The translations under genes were made by a program, and so were the position numbers. This document shows, piece after piece, positions 53,099 to 64,000 of a DNA stretch of 64,000 nucleotides (the first letter of the stretch is position 1; the number at the start of each line of letters is the position of its first letter). The stretch comes from Octopus sinensis (Eukaryota), in contig NC_043000.1 in assembly GCF_006345805.1 (NCBI RefSeq), positions 156,922,001 to 156,986,000 on the forward strand, written 5' to 3'. A model generated the notes under the pieces. It had not been told where the DNA came from and searched no databases. It worked only from the letters and a program-made list of their open reading frames with translations.

Positions 53099-56000
53099 AA
53101 CAAATTAGACTAGTGAAGAAGTGTTCCAGATTGTTGAACTTCATATTCCACGTGTGTTTCAGAGGATAGGATGTGAACAAAAATTGTGTTTTCCTTACTG
53201 TTGCACTTTTTCTTAGCTAATATCCATCTTCCTTCAATTGTTTGAGTGAGACAAAAGGCTGCAAAAGCCAAAATTATAATTCATGAGTGTAATTTTCATC
53301 ACCTAATTCTACATATGAAGTTCAGCCAGCGGAGATCATACGTGAATCTGATTCGAATGTACTACCTTATAACGGACTAAAGAGTTTAGTACGACCGATG
53401 ACGTATCTATCTCAGTGAGGCAGGCATATTTCTGAATTTATTTCAACGGTATCAAACACCCGATGAACTTTATGCTGCTCATCTCGGTAATATTTACGAT
53501 GTATATATTTGAATTGGTTACGCTCTACGGTAATAGGACATCTTGAATCAGCCGATCCAGCCAGTTTCTGTGAATGAGCGTCCAAGTGTTACTCACATAC
53601 ATCTCGTAGGCAGTAACACCAGTCAGCTTCCGTATTCCTATTCACCTTTAATTTAAAGAGTAATCTCATACCTACATATAAATCACTTACCTTTTAACAT
53701 TCCAATACGGCAGAGTAAGTGCTACTGTTGTTGTTGCTGCTGCTTATTCTCAGATCAATCCTGAACGAACGAATCTGTGCCCAAGCGCTTTCTGTTTGTG
53801 ATCTTTCTATCCTTTTGTATAACAAATAGTATAGTATCCAATATACCAAAAATATATATCTTTTTAAAACAATAAAGTCGGTTCGTTAAAGAACTGACTG
53901 TTACTTCCTCTAGGTCAAACGAGCACATACATGCTCTCTCTCTCTCATCTGGTACCAGTCATGCTGTTAAGCCGATTTAATCAGCTATATCTTGAAATAT
54001 GTTTCCCTTTGTCTCTATAACATAACTATTTTAAGTGTGGTGGACTGTACAGTAAAAAATGTAGAGGCAGAAGTAATCAACCGAACATAAAGACTGGTGT
54101 CTCGCAATGTCAATGTCATCTCACTATAAATATCTGGCTTTATTCCCAGCTAAATAAGAAATTCATAATATTTTATCTGTAGAAGTGATGGGTGCCATGG
54201 GGCAAGAGGCAAACTCCTTGGTAATTATCTGTTTAAGCTATTTCACTTCATCTAGGCATCACACGCCTAATCTACGCTAATTCCATAAACAGTGACCGCG
54301 AATGCATCCTCCATTGGTGGATATGCCAATTTTGTCTCTTTCAACAGCCAGAAAACACAAATGATACTCTTATAAAGAGACTATAATATCGCACACTCAT
54401 AAACATGAATGGTACACAACTAGAGCCCCCACGATCGACCCGAATGGTAAGCCTCAATGAAGATCTCTTCTGGCAAAAGCACATCCTTAACATTCCCCGG
54501 GAAGCCTTCTAATGATTCGCCTTTCTTTTCAGGGATAGCTTCCAACAATAGGTTTCATTTTTGCAAAGATCAGATGAGACGCATGATGGAGTTTGGTTCC
54601 ATTCGGTGGATATTGTTGCTGTTGCTGCTGTTGAACACATAAACCTCTTAAACTGCATTCAGAAAGGAGACATCAGACTGATTGCCGTCGAGTCATTCAC
54701 AAAGAATAGTCCAGCTTCTGGTTGAACCACATCTACTTAGGCATTTCCAACACACTCGTCCCTCTTCTTTTTGTTACCTTTGTAGTGTCCAACCCCATCA
54801 GGTCTTGCGCCCATCACTGTCCTCAACCCCGTCGCTCCCCTAGAACTCCGTCCTTGCTCATATCTTTTCGCCTGTCTCGGAGGGCATGCAAAGGTCATGG
54901 CCATTGTCCATTCCTCCCGACCCTGCAAGTAAAAAAAAAAATGAAACAAAATAAAAAACGAAAAAAAAAAAAAACTAAATTCTTACAGTCTTTGTTCTTT
55001 TACAATCACCGCCTTGAAATACACGATCTTTGGATTTAAGCAGAATAATTCAATATTCCAGCAATAGAACTGAAAAAAACTTGAAGAAATGTACTGTTCC
55101 AAATCAAATGCATAGTGGTATGTATTATGCTGAATTTTTGTACGCCAACCGGCATACATTTTCCCAGAATTACTTTGTAATTCTCTCACTACTTAAGAAA
55201 GAACCGTGAACTATCTGCTTTGCTAATGTGATCATACTAGGATCTAAACAGTTCGCAGTTGCCTAAAATATTAGAAATGGTATTAGTCATTGACTAATAT
55301 TGGGGTTCTTCGCACAACTCCACATAGCCACTAAGTCACGAGGATATAAACACACCAGCACCGGTTGTTAAGTGGTGGCGGGGAAACAAACACGGACACA
55401 AAGACACCCCTACATCTCCCCTCACACAAACACACACACGTACAAACTCACATACGCACACAAGTATACATATATTCATATGCGTATGCATGTATATAAT
55501 TATAGTTACGTATATATATGTGTGTGTGTGTGTGTATGTATGATGTATGTATGTATGTATGTATGTATGTATGTATGTATGTATGTATGTATGTATGTAT
55601 ATTTTACTTAGTTTTGTATAATCCTTACTTCAGATATGTTAAAACTAGCTTAACAATTATACTATAGTTTCTACCTCTATGTTTTCAGTATAAATTTCAC
55701 TAGAATCGACTTCGTTTCTCCTTTGTTTTCTATCGACATAATCAATAACACATCAATAAGAAATTGCATCATAGTTCGAATGTCCTTGCGAAACCTATTC
55801 CAGAAATCACTGGCTCGGCCCATCAGAAAGTTACTTTTTTCCACAGTATTCGCCCTGAAGACAGTAATAGTGAGATGTGAATAGATAGAGACAGACTAAA
55901 TTTCAGATGTGTTACTTACACGTTATAGCTTCGTATTCAGCTTTAAGTGGCAGATATTCCTTTATGTTCTGAGCTCATCTAACTCAGGAAGGTCAACTTT

Positions 56001-56241
56001 GATTTCCATTCCTGAAGTGAGTATTCAATAACTACCAGTCGTATATCTGGGGTGAGTCACTCGACTACACTCTTTGCAAACTTTGCAAACGTGTGTCTAT
56101 CTGAAAAATCAATATTTTACTTAGATATTTTTTCATTTTCAAGCAATACATTTATTATATATTTTATTAAATCTAAGCATAGACAAATAGATTAGCAAAC
56201 TCGAAGAAAGAAAATAATCGCAAGGTCATACTCTACTATGC

Positions 56242-56294
<53 letters not shown>

Positions 56295-56420
56295 ATATAT
56301 AATTATATATATATATATGTGTGTGTGCGTGTGTGTGTGTGTATATATGTGTATATATATATATGTATATATATATATGTATATATATATATATAATATA
56401 ATATATATATATATATATAT

Positions 56421-56775
56421 AGTTGAAGAAGAGTTCATACAAATCAGAAGTTATAGATAAAAAGTAAATAAAGTTGGAAAAGGTACAGCATTTAGGGAAT
56501 GTATAATATATTTGTTACAGTGAGTGATTTAAAATATAACCGATTTCGATGTATCCATCTTATCAAATATTAGAAAGAATTTTAAAGAGAACAAAAAAAA
56601 CTAGGGATGAGTACAAACTGTTAACCTCCGACTTTTTCCTTCTCTTTAAAATTCTTTCTAAATCACTCAATGTAACAAAACTGTTAAACATTCCTTGAAA
56701 TATACTTCTGTGCCTTTTCCAACTTTATTTACTTTTTATAAAACCCTCTCTCACTCTCTTACTCTCTTTCCCTCT
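56421..56775 (-). mobile_element. Fold-back unit carrying a hammerhead, between (TA)n tracts
   Basis: Perfect 27-bp inverted repeat 56457-56483/56713-56739 and 20-bp inverted repeat 56571-56590/56641-56660. Confidence 0.65.
56533..56571 (-). ncRNA. Minimal type I hammerhead with U3-A8 core
   Basis: Minus strand AATAT-TTGATAA-GATG gata CATC-GAAA-TCGG-TT-ATATT: 5-bp stem I, 4-bp stem II, near-palindromic stem III. Confidence 0.72.
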
Positions 56776-56801
56776 CTTATATAATATATATATAATATAT
56801 A

Positions 56802-56852
<51 letters not shown>

Positions 56853-57499
56853 ACATCAATGTAGTCCACTAATATAATATCACCAGATTCATCAGGTTAA
56901 AACCACCGAGGAAGTTTTCTATTGCAAAGCATCCGTGAAAAGGAATTTACCCTCCGTCACCTATCTTTTGTGATGTTACTACAGGGGCGAAGTTCACTGT
57001 GAAAGGTTCGTTTCAATTTCATGGACAGAAGTAATTTTCTTTTTCTTGTATTTTGTATTGGTGATATTTTTTCCCCTCTGAATGTTATCTTTTCGTGCTA
57101 AAGAGCTCTATATATTGTATGCAAAATCCTAACCAACCAACGAAAATAATGTTATGTATGTCCTAGAAAATTAGTTTGGTAATTTGATACGAAAAGAAGT
57201 CGTGGTATGTGAAAGGTCAAGAGGTGAAATTTATTTTAGGGAGCCGTAAAAATATTCCTCCTTTTTTTCCCCCCCCCCCCGAACACAGGTGAAATAAAAA
57301 GGCAAGCATCTAAAGCTAATAAAATATTTTGCTTAAAAATTCACAAGTGGTATCGGTCGGGGGCTGTGCGATAAAAAAAGGGCAAAGTGATGTTGATGCC
57401 GTTCACAAGGTAATTTAATTGAGTTAATCGCTATAACTAGGGACCACTTGCTTGGCCCATAAGAAACTTACTTCTCCACAGTATCCGTGTTGAACATAA

Positions 57500-57718
57500 T
57501 AATGGTTCGAATTTTGGCACAAGGCCAGCAAGTTCGGAGAAGTGGTCAAGTCCATTATATCGACCCCAGTGCACAACTAGTACTTACTTTATCGACTCAG
57601 AAAGGATGAAAGTGAAAGTCGAGCTCGGCGGAATTTGAACTCAGGATGTGAAGCCGGACAAAATGCCGCTAAGCATTTCGCCTGGCGTGCAAACGATTCC
57701 ACCAGCTCGCCGCCTTCG
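57500..57718 (-). mobile_element. Older SINE B-related copy, CpGs retained
   Basis: Colinear with B; old-type tail cacaaggccagc. Confidence 0.8.
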
Positions 57719-57893
57719 TCTTGAACATAATGATAGTGAAATGTGAATAGACTGACTAAATATCATATGTATTACTTACACGTCATAGTTTCGTATTCTG
57801 CATTAAGTGGCAGCTGCTCCTTTACGTTCTGATCTCATTAAAACCAGTGAGGTCAACTTTGACTTCCATTCCTAAAGTGTGTATTTAGTAACT

Positions 57894-58282
57894 GTGGAGG
57901 CGCAATGGCCCAGTGGTTAGGGCAGCGGACTCGCAGTCGTAGGATCGCAGTTTCGATTCCCAGACTGGGCGTTGTGAGTGTTTATTGATCGAAAACACCT
58001 AAAGCTCCACGAGGCTCCGGCAGAGGATGGTGGTGATCCCTGCTGTACTCTTTCACCACAACTTTCTCTCACTCTTACTTCCTGTTTCTGTTGTACCTGT
58101 ATTTCAAAGGGCCGGCCTTGTCACTCTCTGTGTCACGCTGAATATCCCCGAGAACTACGTTAAGGGTACACGTGTCTGTGGAGTACTCGGCCACTTACAC
58201 GTTAATTTCACGAGCAGGCTGTTCCGTTGATTCGGATCAAACGGAACCCTCATCGTCGTAACCGATGGAGTGCTTCCATCCA
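57894..58282 (+). mobile_element. SINE family C
   Basis: Full-length; att(t/c)agtaact flanks both ends; (TCCA)-type tail. Confidence 0.92.
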
Positions 58283-58511
58283 TTCAGTAACTCCGAGTCT
58301 TATAGCAGGGGTGAGTAACTCGACTATACTCTTTGTAAATATGTGTCTATGTGAAAAATCAATACTTTACTCAGATATTTTTCTTTTCAAACAATAGATT
58401 TTAATATCTAAGCATAGATTAGCAGACTTGAAGAAAGAAAATAAGGGCTAGGCCATAGCTTACTATACATTCGTTTCACAAATTATATATGTATATATAT
58501 TTATATATATA

Positions 58512-58544
<33 letters not shown>

Positions 58545-58549
<5 letters not shown>

Positions 58550-58750
58550 ATCCAAACAAGAAAGCACAAAAAAAACACAACAACGAAGGACATGGAACAA
58601 ATATAGTATTATTGGACGCTCAGGAAAGAAGGAAAGAAGAGGGTTTAACGTTTCGAGCGGAGCTCTTCGTCGGAAACATAGGAGAAGGAAATCCAGAGAA
58701 GGGAAGACAGAGGGAAAAAAATCGCCAACGGTACACACGAGGGTCACATT
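58545..58750 (-). mobile_element. Hammerhead-bearing unit, copy 2
   Basis: Reverse-complement match to 34726-34951; (TA)n on both flanks. Confidence 0.75.
58643..58677 (-). ncRNA. Minimal type I hammerhead-like motif
   Basis: 35 nt identical to 34800-34834. Confidence 0.7.
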
Positions 58751-58768
58751 ATTTATTATACATATTAT

Positions 58769-58802
<34 letters not shown>

Positions 58803-58883
58803 TATATATATAATATATATTATATACATATATGGAAAAAAAGTCAAGTATAAATGCTAAAATAATTTTATAAAAAAACATTT

Positions 58884-58919
58884 CAGTACCGGTTTCAGTC
58901 ATTGAGACTTTTTCAACTG
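58884..58919 (-). ncRNA. Minimal type I hammerhead with U3-A8 core
   Basis: Minus strand CAG-TTGAAAA-AGTC tcaat GACT-GAAA-CCGG-TA-CTG; ACCGGT palindrome; stem I only 3 bp. Confidence 0.62.
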
Positions 58920-59063
58920 TGTAAGTATGGAAAGCAATTAAATTTTGGAAAAATTAAAAGAAAAGTTTTTTAAAAAATATTTGCATAGTGTTCAATACAG
59001 TGGCCTTTTCCTTGTTCTGCCTGTTTCTTCTCTCTCTCTCCTCTCGCGCTCAGCTCCATCTCC

Positions 59064-59098
<35 letters not shown>

Positions 59099-59349
59099 GT
59101 TTCTCTGGTAGGTTCGAGTCGTTGTGAATTCTTGGTAGGGAATATATGTATATTAAACCAAGAGCACGTGTGTTTGAAAAGATTAATCGAAAGCGTTCAC
59201 ACACACTAGAAAAAACTTCTTCTAAAAAGGTTAGTAACATACTGATAAAAGATTTTATAACTTAAAAAAATATCTTTTTAAAAAATTCCTCTTTATGCTT
59301 AAAAGCTGTTAAGTAATTTTCACAAAGACTTTCAAATATGTGTATATAT

Positions 59350-59501
59350 ACGACGGACTTCTTTCCGTTTTCCGTCTACCAAATCCACTCACACGGCTTT
59401 GGTCAGCCCGAAGCTATAGTAGAAGGTGCCAGGCGGTTGGACTGAACCGGAACCATGTGGTTGGCAAGCAAGCTACTTAGCAGACAAGCACTGCTGCGCC
59501 T
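59350..59501 (-). mobile_element. SINE A head fragment
   Basis: Diverged head to the internal repeat. Confidence 0.75.
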
Positions 59502-59797
59502 ATATATATATATATATATTATATATATATATATATATAATATAATATATATATATATATAATATATATATGTGTGGTGTGTGTGTGTGTCGATATAGAT
59601 GTCTATATATACATGTATCTATCTACCAATCTCTTTAACTCTCTCTTTCTCTTTCTCCTCTCTCAGTCTGTATTATATGTATGTATGCACACACCACACA
59701 CACACACACACCACTATGCATACATATATACATGCATATGCATATATATATATATATACACACACACATATGCATACATACATACATGCATTTATAC

Positions 59798-59828
<31 letters not shown>

Positions 59829-61069
59829 GAGAAAGAGGGAGATGGTTAGCTTGACGTGTATCAATGTATGTGCATATATGGATGGATGAGTCTCCGTCGT
59901 TCGACGATGAAGGTTTAATGGTTATACGTTCCTAATAAGGCTTTAGCGTGTCTGTGAACATTATCTCTGTTCATTTGTAGCTACGTGAAGAAATGAAATG
60001 AAATAGATAAATAGATAAATAAATAAATATATAACAGACGTCCTAGTACGCAAATGACCGACATATTTCTATGCGTATAAAATACGAATGCTTGCGAACA
60101 TTCCAAAATGTAAGGTGCGTACATTTAAAATTCATCCGAAATAGTCATGTTTAAGACGTCAGGTGCCCCCTGGAGAAGGCGGAGGGGAGAAGGAGAGGAT
60201 GAAGAAGAGGAGAGGAGAGGAGAAAAAGGTGCAGCTCACTGTTTGACTCTTTTCGTTTGAATGTGACATATAGACGGGGGTCAAACACCTATCCTTAACG
60301 ATAATCTCTGTTTCTATATATACGGAGATTATCGGTAGGGTTTGGCTATTTGATCTCTGGCCGACCAGATCACATAAGCTATATAAACTTTATTAAGAGA
60401 TTAAACTAATTAAGCGATTAATAGATTTGATCTGCAATATATTCCACTTTTCAAGTATTAACACTGCTTTATTTATTTAGGGAGTTGTTATTATAGTTGT
60501 TTTTTTTAACCCCCAGGTGAGCTCTGATTGGGTAAATCTATAATCAAACGCCATTTGACTATCATGCTTCTTAGAGCTATTTAGGGTATTATTTTGTCTT
60601 ATGTGTCATTTCCTTATTTTGAGATTGATGCTTTGTGGGTATTTGGTTGCTATTTCTAGCAGGTCGAGCTATCACGTAAAGGCTGCCTGGTTGGCTTGTA
60701 ATTTAAGGAGTGTTTAAGGTGGTCCTTATCTCAAAAGGCTAGCCGAACGACATTGAGTAGTGGTAAGTCCCTTGTTAATTGGATCCGTAACATGGTTTCA
60801 ATTCCGGTTGTAGCCATTTCACTTCTCTAACAATTCGAACACCCTTTAGTAAAGTATGATTGTTACACATTCTCTTGAGTAAGCTAACTTTAAAAAATAT
60901 AGTTTCATATTTAGTTCCTTATTTAATCTCTGCTTTTCATTTTTACCGTATTCTTCGCTTAAATTCTGGATAAATTCAATTCTTTTTGAACATTTTCATT
61001 CGACATTATCTAATGTGTTTTTCTAAAGAAGTCACCTAACACCAAATTACCCAAGCAAGTAATATCAGT

Positions 61070-61672
61070 TTCAAAATTTGGCAAAAGGCCAGTAAGTCCG
61101 GGTGGGGGGTGGGGAGTAAGTCGATTCCATCGATCCGATACTCAACTGGTACTTATTTTATAGACCCCGAAAGGATAAAAGGTAATGTCGTCCTCGGCGG
61201 AATTTGAACTCGGCACGTAAAGACGAACGAAATGCCGCTAAGCATTTTGCCCGGTGTGATAACGATTCTTATTTCTTTACTGCCCACAGAGGGCTACACA
61301 CAGAGGGAACAAAGGACAGACAAACGGAATAAGTCGATTATATTGACCCCAGTGCGTAACTGGTATTTATTTAATCGATCCCGAAAGGATGAAAGGCAAA
61401 GTCGACCTCGGCGGAATTTGAACTCAGAACGTAAAGACAGACGAAATACCTATTTCCTTACTACCCACAAGGGGCTAAACACAGAGAGGATAAACAAACG
61501 GATTAAGTCGATTATATCGACCCTAGTGAGTAACTGGTACTTAATTTATCGACCCCGAAAAGATGAAAGGCAAAGTCAACCTCGGCGGAATTTGAACTCA
61601 GAACGTGAAGACAGACGAAATACCGCTAAGCATTTCGCCCGGCGTGTTAACGATTCTGCCAGCTCGCTGCCT
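61070..61672 (-). mobile_element. SINE B trimer (two young-tail units plus one old-tail unit)
   Basis: Junction aaataggta|tttcgtctg (rc) at 61446/61447; the third unit starts at agaatcgtt. Confidence 0.85.
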
Positions 61673-63521
61673 TTCACACAGACAAGTAATATGGAACGCC
61701 TGTAAGAATCCTACGAGCTGGATTCATAGTTTCCATTTATAGTTGTAGTGATTTTCTTTTATTCCTGACATTAACACTTTTGAGAAATGGATGAACATCA
61801 TACTCTCTTATTACTAATTGCCTCGAGAACTCTCGTGCCTATGAAATTAATTGTTATTAGTCAAACTATATGTTGGGGTAAGAGCGAAAATGTTGACTTA
61901 TAACAGACACAAAGCCACAGATTTTACTGAGTGGGTATCATCGATTACATCAATAACCCGTATTTGATTGATATTTTATTTTATCTCCTCAGGAAAATGG
62001 AAAGCAAGCTTGAACACAGAGTGATTTGAACTCAAAACGGAAAGGAATTCAGCTAAAAACCACAAGGTATTTCATCAGATGTTCTTCTAAATCTGCTAAT
62101 CCGTTACCTGAAGATTCATATATTAAAAAATAGTTAAAGATACAGTAGTGAAAAAAGGATAGTTGAATGCCGGACGAAATGTATTACGTAGTTATGTCCG
62201 TCCATCTAAGTTCGAATCTCACTACGCATTGCTTTGATTTTCATCTCTACTAGATAGAAAGATAAGAACCGATCATATACCAGGGTTGGTTTGAATAAGT
62301 TACGACCCCTGCTCTTACAGAACTGGTGGTGCTTTGTACCAATTTGAAAATTACTAAATGTCAATCTTTTAACAAACCACATAGCTTCAACGGTTCAGTA
62401 ATTAATATGGCTTTATGTAACGTTAAGCTGATAGATTTTGTCTATGAAATGTTGTTAGTCTCTATCTGATCATTTTTTCCCCATAATGTTTGGGAGCTTA
62501 TTTCGCACGCTAGGGAAACTGTGCAATATAGAAATGTGTTGCCCAGAAACAACGAGATGCCCGCTTTACTGTGTGAATTGATATCTCAGAAGAAAGATCC
62601 TTGTGTCCGCCCGGGCATCTTGTCTTCAGATAATGATAATTTCCGAAAGGTAATCTCCTTCTGTCTCCTCAGTTCCAACTTATTAGTTCTTATTCTATCA
62701 ATGACACAAAACCTGTTTTAGAGTGGATATGATAGAATGACAAGTATGACTTCATTGTAAGTGCTTCTGTCATCTCTCAATCCTATAGAATGACTCGAAC
62801 TTGGTACTACGAGCCAATGAAGTAAACGAAGTAATGGTCAACTTGATAGTGCTGTCGCTACTTACAACTACCAACTATTGTACTTTTGTAGAACCTACAA
62901 ACGGCGACAAATAGACTGTACCATCCTTGACACTAACGCCGGTGACTGGATAACAACTGCAGGCTCGTTGGCAAATTATCTGATCGTCTTTCAGCTGGTC
63001 CCTAACTTTTGTATCGTCCCCTCTGTGTTTGGCCCCCTGTGGGCAATAAAGAAATTGATCATCTTTCAGCTTGGTTATCTGCAGCTCGCATTGGCTCGTG
63101 ACTTTTGGACTGGAATTAAGCACAGACAATTTAACACCATACTTCGATATGAGTAGCGAGCTAGGAAAATGTCCACGGATTCTATTTTTAAGAAACTGAT
63201 GTGTAGTTCGTTGCAATAGAAACAACTAGATATTCGGGTTACATGGTAGGATGATAGCTTTTCTGTGCGCTCTTGCTATTTCATATCGCACACAGCAAAG
63301 ATGCGACGAAAAATAATCGTGAGTCCTAAAGTATTTGGATTTAGATTCGTGAAGAATTGTGCAAACTCGTAAAAACAAACAAACAACAATTATTATTTTA
63401 TTAACATGAGAACACGACAATGATGGATAGATTACTAAACGGTTGGGATTTTACTCTGAGTGTAATATAAAGAGACTAATTGGAAAACAAACAAACAAAT
63501 ACATGCACAAAAAATATATAT

Positions 63522-63926
63522 AGGCGCAGGAGTGGCTGTGTGGTAAGTAGCTTGCTAACCAACCACATGGTTCTGGCTTCAGTCCCACTGCGTGGCATCT
63601 TGGGCATGTGTCTTCTGCTATAGCCCCGGGCCGACCAATGCCTTGTGAGTGGATTTGGTAGACGGAAACTGAAAGAAGCCTGTTGTATATATGTATATGT
63701 ATATGTGTGTGTGCGTGTTTGTGTGTCTGTGTTTGTCCCCCTAGCATTGCTTGACAACCGATGCTGGTGTGTTTACGTCCCCGTCACTTAGCGGTTCGGC
63801 AAAAGAGACCGATAGAATAAGTACTGGGCTTACAAAGAATAAGTCCCGGGGTCGATTTGCTCGACTAAAGGCGGTGCTCCAGCACGACCGCAGTCAAATG
63901 ACTGAAACAAGTAAAAAAGTAAAAAG
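63522..63926 (+). mobile_element. SINE family A
   Basis: Full-length match. Confidence 0.92.
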
Positions 63927-64000
63927 TATAGTATGTGTTGGGAAAAACCACACAAATTTTGGGAGTACTCCACAAAAAGCAAGCGATCTCTTAAAAAAAA

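Noticed and set aside
53590-53632. Minus-strand 41-nt exon candidate with gtgagt donor
   Set aside because: Acceptor lacks a pyrimidine tract, the peptide is unrecognisable, and no partner exons are seen.
57894-57970. tRNA-Arg-like gene
   Set aside because: Head of SINE C, continuing into the SINE body in three copies with TSDs; no intact acceptor stem.

Overview
Repeat-dense eukaryotic non-coding DNA, most likely octopus. That assignment is an inference from the tRNA-derived SINE families and extreme microsatellite density. I find no supportable host protein-coding exon; nearly all ORFs in the track are microsatellite or SINE artefacts. The window holds about 20 copies of one SINE (family A), many copies and head-to-tail multimers of a second (B), three of a third (C) and two of a fourth (D). 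It also holds decayed LINE fragments (CR1-like, RTE, R4/Dong-like), two Tc1/mariner relics, two hAT-type MITEs, a Helitron-like element, a 23-bp minisatellite and one 100-N gap. The most interesting signal is a set of hammerhead-ribozyme-shaped motifs. One lies at the 3' end of a 5'-truncated Penelope-like (RT + GIY-YIG) element at 22.0-24.2 kb. At least four different small non-coding units also carry hammerhead cores: 34.7/58.5 kb, 50.1 kb, 56.4 kb and 58.9 kb. Several have the compensatory U3-A8 pair, two fold into long rods, and almost all sit in (TA)n tracts. Together they look like a Penelope helper plus several retrozyme-like passengers. All structures were read by eye; none has been folded, searched or tested.
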